NCBI GenBank assembly: GCA_013152435.1
Contig: JAADGJ010000059.1
Location: forward strand, 24,558-88,557
Length of the DNA stretch: 64,000 nt
Direction of reading: 5' to 3'
Origin: Chloroflexota bacterium
GTDB lineage: Bacteria; Chloroflexota; Anaerolineae; DUEN01
Positions 1-7,600 of the stretch are shown in pieces. A program made the translations under genes and the position numbers. Numbering within the stretch: the stretch's first letter is position 1; each line of letters opens with the position of its first letter. A model generated the notes under the pieces. The model worked only from the letters and a program-made list of their open reading frames with translations, had not been told where the DNA came from and did no database searches.

Positions 1-32
1 GCGGAGTCGGCGGCACCGGAGGAGTCTGCACC

Positions 33-827
33 GTGAAGCTGGTCCTCTCCCTGGTTCAGATGAACTGCCGGGATGGCATGGTTGAGGCCAACCTGGCGCA
101 CGCGACGGAGGCGGTGCGTGAGGCGGCCGGGCGGGGGTCGGATATCGTCCTGCTGCCTGAGCTCTGGGCCAGCGGTTACGACCTGGAGTACGCCGCTCAG
201 CACGCAGCCCCTTTGGGGGAGGGCGCCTTCGCCCGGTCTGCGGAGCTGGCCTCCCGGTTTCGGGTCTGGCTGGCGGGCTCCTTGCTGGAGCGCGGCCAGG
301 ATGGCTCCTATTACAACACGGCCGCGATCTGGGACTCGTCCGGGGCGTTGCGCGGCGTGTATCGCAAGATCCACCTGTTTCGCCCCATGTCTGAGGACAA
401 GTATCTGGCCGCCGGCGATCGGATGTCCCTTGTCGAGTCCCCCTGGGGTTCCCTCGCGATAGCCATATGCTATGATCTGCGTTTCCCCGAGATGTTCCGC
501 CAATACGCTGTGGCCGGCGCCGGGCTGACTTTGGTCCCCGCCCAATGGCCGCGCGTTCGCGTCTCCCACTGGCAGATCCTGCTGCGCGCTCGCGCGATCG
601 AGGATCAGATGTTCATCGCCGGGTGCAATCGGGTTGGCGCACAGGGCGAGGCCCTCTTCGGCGGCCGGTCGGCGGTGATCGGCCCCTGGGGGGAGGTGTT
701 GACCGAGGGAGGCGAGGAAGAGGAGGTCTTGACGGCCGAGGTGGACCTGGATCAGGTGGAGCGGGCGCGCCGCAAGCTCCCGATCCTTCTCGACCGGCGG
801 CCGGAGCTATATGGCCCCCTCGCGTGA
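33..827 (+). CDS. carbon-nitrogen hydrolase family protein (nitrilase/Nit-like amidohydrolase)
   Basis: 264-aa ORF with GTG start. Glu-Lys-Cys triad contexts LLPELW, RKIHLF and AICYDLRFPE are typical of the CN-hydrolase superfamily. Confidence 0.8.
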   Translation: MKLVLSLVQMNCRDGMVEANLAHATEAVREAAGRGSDIVLLPELWASGYDLEYAAQHAAPLGEGAFARSAELASRFRVWLAGSLLERGQDGSYYNTAAIWDSSGALRGVYRKIHLFRPMSEDKYLAAGDRMSLVESPWGSLAIAICYDLRFPEMFRQYAVAGAGLTLVPAQWPRVRVSHWQILLRARAIEDQMFIAGCNRVGAQGEALFGGRSAVIGPWGEVLTEGGEEEEVLTAEVDLDQVERARRKLPILLDRRPELYGPLA

Positions 828-925
828 GCCTGTGGGCTCCTTGATATGGCATGAAAAATCCCCGGCCTGGCTGCCAGGCCGGGGATTCTGGATCAAGAGC
901 GCTGGTGAGACCGTCCGGAGCGCAT

Positions 926-2473
926 CTACGGGACGAGAGGGCACACGTCGGCGGCCGTGAAGGTGGGGTTGGCGTACCCGTAATCGGCCAGGATCTCGTA
1001 TGCCTCCGGGTGCGGCGTGGGGCCTGTGACGAAGGCGTTCACCGCCGCGCACGCGGCTGCCATGTCCTGCGTTGGCTGGTAGCTGGACCACCAGATATCG
1101 GCGATCTGCGCGTATACGGAGTCCGGGTACTCCGTTTGTAGGAGGTTGACGGTCGCCTCGGCGTTGTCCAAATCGCCCTGGTACCCGTAGGCCATAGCCA
1201 GGCGGAAGGCCGAGAAGCTTCGCAGCTCCTCCAGCTCGTTGGGGCGCACCCAGCACGCGATGAGCGTTGGGTCCTCCAGCGCCTTGCGGTACAGGTTGAT
1301 GGCCTGGGCGAAGTTGTCCGATCGGCCGTTGAGGAATGCCTGGTTGGCGTCCAGCACCGTGTGGTAGAGGCAATCGGACGGATCATAGACCTTTTCGATC
1401 TGGACGTACGGGGCGCCATCGATGGAGGCCCATGTCTCGGTCCAGGCTCGCTGGGGCCCGGCCCCCACGGACCCGATCACGCCGCCGTGGACGACGATCT
1501 CCTTGCCGGAGCCCTCATCGGTCACGTCCTCCAGCCGTACCTCGGGGTACGCCATGGTCAGGGTCCCGTCCATCCAGTTCTGGAACTCCGCATCGACCCA
1601 GGACATCACGTAGACGGACCCGAAGCACGTATGGGCGCCGCAGGTCGTCTCCGTCCATACGATGTCCATGTTCCCATCCTCGTTGATGTCGGCCACGTCC
1701 AGGATCTTCACCTGACCGGCGGCGTTGGCTCGAAAGGCCACGGACCATCCGGCCGAGCGCAGCACGAGCAGATCTCCGGGAGGAGCGGTCATATCCGAGT
1801 TGGGCGTCGTCAGGGCGACGATGATCTCCTTCACCCCGTCCCCGGTGAGGTCCACCGCCCGTACCTGGTCTTTCCCTTTGGCGATGGCGCCGCATGTGGA
1901 GAGCCAGTCGCCCAGGGCCTGGGCATCGCCGTTCGCGTTGGCCAGGAACGCGACGATGGCCGCGTCATAGCCGGCGAGATCGGCCGGGCACGTGGTGGGA
2001 GGAGGCGTGGGAGTCGGGGTCTCCTCCGCCTGTGCTGCTCCGCCGGTGGGGATCCAGATGCGTTCGCCGCGATAGAGCCAGTAGAACCGGTGGATCGCTT
2101 GCGGGTTGGCCTGCTGTAGACGGCGCACGCTGATGCCCGTACGCTGCGAGATCGACGTCCACGAGTCGCCCCTTTGCACCGTGTACCAATATCCGGATTC
2201 CCCGCCCGGCCGGGGGATCCAGATGCGCTCGCCGCGATAGAGCCAGTGGAACCGGTGGATCGCTTGTGGGTTGGCCCGTTGGAGTTCGGCCACGCTGACG
2301 CCGGTGCGCGCAGCGATGGAGGTCCACGTGTCGCCTCGCCGGACGGTATACCAATACCCGTTCCCTTCCTGTGCGGAGGCGAGGGAGACGCTGAGGAGCA
2401 GGATCAACAACACCAGGGCGCCCATCGTCCCCCAGTGATGATGCCGGATAATGGCTCGTTTGATGAATCCCAT
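926..2473 (-). CDS. secreted LysM-domain protein with two tandem LysM modules
   Basis: N-terminal signal-like segment (MGFIKRAII..LLILLLSVSLASAQ). Two near-identical ~48-aa LysM repeats (GYWYTV(R/Q)RGD(T/S)WTSI..GERIWIP) are followed by a Pro/Thr linker and a large C-terminal domain. Confidence 0.75.
   Translation of the reverse strand: MGFIKRAIIRHHHWGTMGALVLLILLLSVSLASAQEGNGYWYTVRRGDTWTSIAARTGVSVAELQRANPQAIHRFHWLYRGERIWIPRPGGESGYWYTVQRGDSWTSISQRTGISVRRLQQANPQAIHRFYWLYRGERIWIPTGGAAQAEETPTPTPPPTTCPADLAGYDAAIVAFLANANGDAQALGDWLSTCGAIAKGKDQVRAVDLTGDGVKEIIVALTTPNSDMTAPPGDLLVLRSAGWSVAFRANAAGQVKILDVADINEDGNMDIVWTETTCGAHTCFGSVYVMSWVDAEFQNWMDGTLTMAYPEVRLEDVTDEGSGKEIVVHGGVIGSVGAGPQRAWTETWASIDGAPYVQIEKVYDPSDCLYHTVLDANQAFLNGRSDNFAQAINLYRKALEDPTLIACWVRPNELEELRSFSAFRLAMAYGYQGDLDNAEATVNLLQTEYPDSVYAQIADIWWSSYQPTQDMAAACAAVNAFVTGPTPHPEAYEILADYGYANPTFTAADVCPLVP
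2045..2362 (-). repeat. internal tandem duplication (~171-bp period) encoding the two LysM modules
   Basis: Plus-strand segments around 2061-2115 and 2221-2290 share cgcgatagagccagtRgaaccggtggatcgcttgYgggttggcc. Confidence 0.6.
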
Positions 2474-2667
2474 GGCGATGCCCTCCTTACGAATCGCGAG
2501 GACGGTCTCGATGCTCCGTATCCAGAGGAGACCAGAGAGATGTGAGTACGGCCTGCTGCATTATACACCAGATCGCATTGACGCTCAATAGTCAGCGTGG
2601 TAGGATAGTGTATCCGGGGGATGGCAAATCTTGTGAGAGGGCCTGCCCCGTGATCGGGTGCGTCTGG

Positions 2668-2926
2668 GAGTATGTCTGAAAAACGCTGTTGCTTCTGCTG
2701 GGAGGAGGCCCGGAGGGGCGGAGCCCCTCCGGAAAAAGCTCTTCTTTTGCCCTCGACCTGTCCAGCCTCGACCTGGGTTCCGCGGAAAGGGCCGAGAAAG
2801 GCAAGTACAGGCCGGAAAGGTGGGATTTCCGTGGAGGGGAGGACCCCTCCACACCTCCCTCTGCGGAGCTGGTCGTTGAGGGAGCCTCCTCAGAACATCT
2901 TGCCGGTAAATTTTCAGACACGCTCT
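2668..2926 (+). repeat. family-1 structured intergenic repeat, copy A (MITE-like, 12-nt TIR GAGYGTGTCTGA / TCAGACACGCTC)
   Basis: Aligns along its length with 19826-20067 and, in reverse orientation, with 59963-60198. The internal inverted repeat is cgacctgYccagcctcgRcc / ggccgagaRaggcaggtacagg. It lies in the divergent spacer between the LysM gene and the exonuclease gene. Confidence 0.7.
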
Positions 2927-3077
2927 GAGCCGGCCGGGATCGCCGCCGGGGGTGGAGCGGGATAGGGATAGCGTAAGCCTGTTCCTCCTTGACTCCTGGG
3001 GCGAGCGCCCTTTCTCCAGCTTGCGGTTCAATGTGGCGTTGTCAGGGTGAAGCATCTCTCTGGGGGAAGCTCGGAAT

Positions 3078-3914
3078 ATGGAATCCATGGGACGTCCATC
3101 GCTTTCGCTGCCGCTTACGCAGGTGCTCTTCACCGTCCTGGACGTGGAGACCACCGGCTTGGATGTCAGCCTTGGGCATCGTCTGTGTGAGATCGCCCTC
3201 GTGCGCGGGCGGGTTGGGCAGGAGCCCGAGGAGTTCTCCCAATATGTCAACCCGGAGCGGCCGGTAGATCCTGGAGCCCGCGCGGTGCATGGGATCCCCG
3301 ATACGGTCCTGTGGCGATCGCCGCGCTTCGCCGAGATCGCCCCATCCGTGCGAGATCTGGTGGAGGGCACTGTGATCGTCGCCCACAACGCCCCGTTCGA
3401 CCTCGGCTTTCTGGCGGCCGAATGGAGGCGTCTGCGGTGGCCCGCGCCGGCCGTGCACATCGTCGATACGCTCTCCCTGGCGCGGCGCTGGTTGCGGCTC
3501 CCAAACAATCGGCTGGGTTCCGTCGCGCGGGCGTTGAGGGTCTCCGTCCGAGGAGCGCACAGCGCTCTGGGCGACGCCCGCATGACCTGGGGGGTCTTGC
3601 AAGCGCTGATTCGTTATCTACAGGGGTATGGATTCACCACTTTGGGCGATCTGATCAACGCGCAGGGCGGGCCCGTGGTCTGGCCTGGCACGATGTGGCA
3701 GAACCTGCCCGATCCGTTGCGGGAGGCGCTTCAGACCGGCCGCAGGCTCTGGTTGCGCTACCTGGGCCAGCGACGTGACCTGACCGAGCGATGGGTCGAG
3801 CCGCTGGATGTGAACGGCGGATATCTGATCGCCTATTGTCACCTGCGTGGAGAACAGCGTACGTTCCGGCTGGATCGGATCCTGGAGATGCGCCTTGAGG
3901 ATAGAAACGCCTGA
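3078..3914 (+). CDS. DEDDh 3'-5' exonuclease (DnaQ / Pol III epsilon-like) fused to a C-terminal WYL domain
   Basis: Exo I motif VLDVETTGL, then HNAPFDLGFL and a late HSALGDARMT motif. The C-terminus RLWLRYLGQ..WVEPLDV..GGYLIAYCHLRGEQRTFRLDRI matches the WYL fold signature. Confidence 0.75.
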   Translation: MESMGRPSLSLPLTQVLFTVLDVETTGLDVSLGHRLCEIALVRGRVGQEPEEFSQYVNPERPVDPGARAVHGIPDTVLWRSPRFAEIAPSVRDLVEGTVIVAHNAPFDLGFLAAEWRRLRWPAPAVHIVDTLSLARRWLRLPNNRLGSVARALRVSVRGAHSALGDARMTWGVLQALIRYLQGYGFTTLGDLINAQGGPVVWPGTMWQNLPDPLREALQTGRRLWLRYLGQRRDLTERWVEPLDVNGGYLIAYCHLRGEQRTFRLDRILEMRLEDRNA

Positions 3915-3950
3915 CCGTTTGTGTCGCGCTCGATGGGGGCGGGCTCACGT

Positions 3951-5150
3951 ATGAGTCCCCGCATTTTGGTCATCGATGACGATGACGATACCCACCTGTT
4001 CCTAAAGCTGACCCTGCAGCCCCACGGTCATCAGGTGATTGGCGCCCACAGCGTGACCCAGGGGCTGAACGCCGCCCGCCGGGAGAATCCGGACCTGATC
4101 GTGTTGGAGGCCGCGATCGAAAACGGGGCGGGGTTCGACCTGTGTCGCCGGCTGCGCCTGTTGCCTGGTGGGCGCGCACGCCCTATTCTGATCGTCTCCC
4201 GCCTGCGCGATCGAGAGGATCTGGTGCGGGGGCTGGAGCACGGCGCCAGCGCTTACCTGACCAAGCCGGCCGATCCAACGGAGCTGGTGGTCCGGGTCCA
4301 CATGCTCCTGCGCTACGATCAGGCGCCTCGCCCTACCGTCATCTTGGTCGTGGGCGCCAAGGGGGGCGTGGGGGCGACCACCATCGCGGTAAACCTGGGC
4401 GTGGCCCTGGCGCGCCGCTGGCGGGAGAAGGTGGCCCTGATCGACGCTGAATTCCCCGGCGGCGATCCGGCCGTCCAGTTGGACCTGCGCCCAACCCACA
4501 CCCTGGCCGATTTGGTCAGCTATGGGCAATCGGTGGACGTGGAGATGGTGGAGGGCGTGCTCCAGGAGCACAGCTCGGGTCTCCGGCTTCTCTCTGCCCC
4601 TATTGGGGTGTTGGACGAATTGCCACCACCCGATTTCCTGGTCCCGATCATCCACCTGATGTCCGGACACCAGACGTATGTGATCGTGGATATGCCCGCC
4701 TCCATGCGGGAACATGTGGAGGTGACGGCTCGGCTGGCCGATCATATCCTGGTGGTCGTGGTGCCGGAGTTAACCGCTTTATCGCGAGCCGGGATGTTGT
4801 TGGATTCCCTCACGAGGCGCCTGGATAGCGATGTGGAGACCCACCCGCAGTTTTGCCTGGTCCTGAATCAGGTCGGCCGTGGGGGAAGCATTCTGGTGGA
4901 CGAGCTACCCGAGGATCTGAAAGCGTATCCCTCCGTGCGCATCCGTTATGATGCGCGCAGGGTGCTGGCGTCCATCAACGCGGGCGTGCCGCTCGTCCTA
5001 CGCTCACCGCGCAGCGCGATCGCTCGCGAGCTCGTGCAACTGGCGCAGTCCTTGCGTCGCCCTGATCCGGCCGAGGAGCACTCGACGATATCCGATCGCA
5101 TCAGGGCCGTGTTGGGCCGGTTCCATGTACCTCGACTGGGCGAGGATTGA
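3951..5150 (+). CDS. response-regulator receiver domain fused to MinD/ParA-type ATPase (CpaE/TadZ-like)
   Basis: REC-like N-terminus (ILVIDDDDDTHLF..D..LIVLE..KP). Deviant Walker A VVGAKGGVGATTIAVNLG sits in the C-terminal domain. The start was chosen at the ATG preceded by GGGGGCGGG; in-frame alternatives exist at 3921 and 3933. Confidence 0.7.
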   Translation: MSPRILVIDDDDDTHLFLKLTLQPHGHQVIGAHSVTQGLNAARRENPDLIVLEAAIENGAGFDLCRRLRLLPGGRARPILIVSRLRDREDLVRGLEHGASAYLTKPADPTELVVRVHMLLRYDQAPRPTVILVVGAKGGVGATTIAVNLGVALARRWREKVALIDAEFPGGDPAVQLDLRPTHTLADLVSYGQSVDVEMVEGVLQEHSSGLRLLSAPIGVLDELPPPDFLVPIIHLMSGHQTYVIVDMPASMREHVEVTARLADHILVVVVPELTALSRAGMLLDSLTRRLDSDVETHPQFCLVLNQVGRGGSILVDELPEDLKAYPSVRIRYDARRVLASINAGVPLVLRSPRSAIARELVQLAQSLRRPDPAEEHSTISDRIRAVLGRFHVPRLGED

Positions 5151-5151
5151 A

Positions 5152-5177
5152 GCGCCCTGAGCCTTGTCAGGGCGATC
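5152..5177 (+). terminator. hairpin GCCCTGA-GCCTTG-TCAGGGC downstream of the CpaE-like gene (no U tract)
   Basis: Perfect 7-bp stem immediately after the stop codon at 5150. Confidence 0.3.
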
Positions 5178-5257
5178 CTCGCCGGGATTCCACGGCCGGG
5201 ATAACTTTTGATTCCTATCCCTCGTTTGTTGAAATAAGGAAAAAGGGCGGGTGACCC

Positions 5258-6805
5258 ATGGGTTCACGAGACTCCAAGATCATCACCACGTTGCGTCAGC
5301 GTCGCCAGATAGAGCGAGCGATCCAGGCCTTCACGGAGGCGGAAAGCGAGGAGGAGCTCATCGAGCGGGCGGCGGAGATCGCCAGGCAGGGCGAGGTCGT
5401 TCTCCCCGTCCTGCTGGCGTATCTGGGCGCGTCCGATCCTCAGCTGCGCGGCGGGTTGGCCCACATCGCTCGCCTGCTGCCGCGGGAGAAGGTCGTACCC
5501 GCCCTGCGGGCGGCAGCCCGGGATCGAACCCGCTCCGATCGAGAGCGGATGACCGCGATGACCATCCTGGAGCGCTACCTGGACGAGGAGCTGGGGCCCG
5601 ATCTGTTCGAGGGGCTCGCCGATCCTGAGACGTTGGCGTTGGAGTCGCTGCAGGAGGTGTTGGCGGAGGTCCATGAGGATCCGCAGGTGCTCATCGAGTA
5701 CCTGTCCCAGCTGGAGGAGGAGCCGGCGGAGACCGCCCTGATCATCGTGCGGGCGGCGCGACGTGTGGACCCGGCGGACGCCATCGAGCTGCTTCGCATG
5801 CTCTCCCTCGATCCCAGGCGGCGGGTCGCGCAGCAGGCCTTGCGCGAGTTGGGCAGCCTGCGGCTTCCGGCCGCCGTGACGGCCCTGCGGAGCCTGTTGC
5901 CGAACCTGCCCGCCACGCTGAAGCCTTTGGCGGAGCGCAGCCTGCGTAAGCTGCAGCTGAGTGGCGTCCGGGCTCCTGCGCCGGATACCTCGCAATGGCG
6001 GGCGCTGGTCAGCCCCCTGGACAGCGAGGGACGTCAGGCGCTCTGGTTCTTGCGCTCGTCCTCGGAGGAGACGGATCATCTGTTTATCGGGTTGTTGTTG
6101 AACGATCAGATGGGGATTCAGTATGCGTTGAAGGGCGAGGACCTGCCGTTCCCGCACCTGGCGGCTGATCCAGCCATCGGCACCGTTCATGTGGTGCGCA
6201 TGCCCCAGTTGGGGACGTCGGCGCTGTTGTTGGAGGCATCTTTCGACGTGGGGCGTGCGATCCTGCTGGAGGCGATCTCACAGCATTTGGAGAAGGGACA
6301 GCCCTTGCCTATGCCCTATCGGTTTTACTGCGTGCATCTGTGGGCTGTGCCCTGGGCCCCGCCGGAGGAGCCAGAGGCGGAGGCGCCTCCCGATGACGCT
6401 TCCTGGTCTCTGGAGCGCGCCGCCGAGATGCTGAGGCATCCGGCGTTTCATGCCTGGGGGTTGCAGACCCCGTGGGTGTACGACGTGGCCGAATCGCTGC
6501 TTCAGGGCTCGTCCGACTGGCCGGCCGACGAGGAGTTCTCCACCGCGGCCCAGGGGATCGCGGCTCGGGCCTTTGAGGGGCAGATACCGGAGGAGCTAGC
6601 TGATCGGTTGCGGCGCATGAGTCGGTGGCTTCGTCTCGCGGGCGATGCGGAGACGGCCCGGTTGGCGCTCTGGACGGCCGCGCACCTTCGCGATGTCTCG
6701 CCCGCCTCCCATCCGTTCCTGCTCCGTTTGGCCGAGGCGGGCTTGCGGGCCGCCGTGCACAACCTGGCGAGGGGCATAGACCTGCGCCGCCTCTACACGA
6801 TGTGA
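5258..6805 (+). CDS. HEAT / PBS-lyase-like repeat protein, function unknown
   Basis: 515-aa acidic helical-repeat protein. The ATG is preceded by AAGGAAAAAGGG and by a TTGATT-17-GAAATA promoter-like element. Confidence 0.55.
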   Translation: MGSRDSKIITTLRQRRQIERAIQAFTEAESEEELIERAAEIARQGEVVLPVLLAYLGASDPQLRGGLAHIARLLPREKVVPALRAAARDRTRSDRERMTAMTILERYLDEELGPDLFEGLADPETLALESLQEVLAEVHEDPQVLIEYLSQLEEEPAETALIIVRAARRVDPADAIELLRMLSLDPRRRVAQQALRELGSLRLPAAVTALRSLLPNLPATLKPLAERSLRKLQLSGVRAPAPDTSQWRALVSPLDSEGRQALWFLRSSSEETDHLFIGLLLNDQMGIQYALKGEDLPFPHLAADPAIGTVHVVRMPQLGTSALLLEASFDVGRAILLEAISQHLEKGQPLPMPYRFYCVHLWAVPWAPPEEPEAEAPPDDASWSLERAAEMLRHPAFHAWGLQTPWVYDVAESLLQGSSDWPADEEFSTAAQGIAARAFEGQIPEELADRLRRMSRWLRLAGDAETARLALWTAAHLRDVSPASHPFLLRLAEAGLRAAVHNLARGIDLRRLYTM

Positions 6806-6907
6806 GGCTTGGCGATGCCTGGCGCGGGCATACACGTTGCCCGATGAGTGGCAGACGGTCGCTCGGCGTTGAGACCCATCCTGGGCTCGCAGATCCCGTT
6901 GCCCCTC

Positions 6908-7600
6908 TCACTTATCCGGGCGGATGCCGAAGCGGTACCCCACGCCCGGGGTGGTCACGATCGCCTGTTCGCTGAGCTTGGAGCGCAGCCTCCCCACGTA
7001 GATGTGGATGTAGTGGGTTGCGCCCTTGTACTCCGGTCCCCAGACTCGGGTCAGCAGCTCGTCATGGGAGAGGACGCGAGGGGCGTTGCTTGCCAGCTCG
7101 TAGAGAAGGTTGTATTCCGTGGGGGTCAGGTGGACCGGTTTGCCATTCCATTCGACCGCGTGCGTCTCGCCGCTGATGTGCAAGGGGCCCAGCGTGATGT
7201 CCCGATGGTTGGTGTGTTCCTTGATCGCCGAGGGCACGGAGCGACGGAGGACGGCGCGCACGCGGGCCAGGAGCTCCTGTACGCCGAAAGGCTTCGTGAG
7301 ATAGTCATCCGCCCCCAGGTAGAGCGCCTGGACCTTGCCATCCTCATCACCGCGGGCGCTGAGGACGACGATGGGCACGACCGAATCCTCGCGAATGCGT
7401 CGGCATACGGCCCACCCATCCAGGCGAGGCATCATCAGGTCGAGGATGATCAGGTCGGGCTCCTGGGATGTGAATTGCTCCAGCGCCTCTATGCCATCTT
7501 GGGCTTGGATCACCCGGAACCCTCGCCGGGTGAGGTTGACCTCCAGAAATCTCAGAAGGTAGGGATCGTCATCGACGGTTAAAATCGTGAGATCGTTCAT
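6908..7600 (-). CDS. OmpR-family DNA-binding response regulator
   Basis: REC domain (ILTVDDD..DLIILDLMMP..KP) plus a winged-helix C-terminus (GYRFG). Its start overlaps the stop of the upstream kinase by 4 bp. Confidence 0.85.
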   Translation of the reverse strand: MNDLTILTVDDDPYLLRFLEVNLTRRGFRVIQAQDGIEALEQFTSQEPDLIILDLMMPRLDGWAVCRRIREDSVVPIVVLSARGDEDGKVQALYLGADDYLTKPFGVQELLARVRAVLRRSVPSAIKEHTNHRDITLGPLHISGETHAVEWNGKPVHLTPTEYNLLYELASNAPRVLSHDELLTRVWGPEYKGATHYIHIYVGRLRSKLSEQAIVTTPGVGYRFGIRPDK

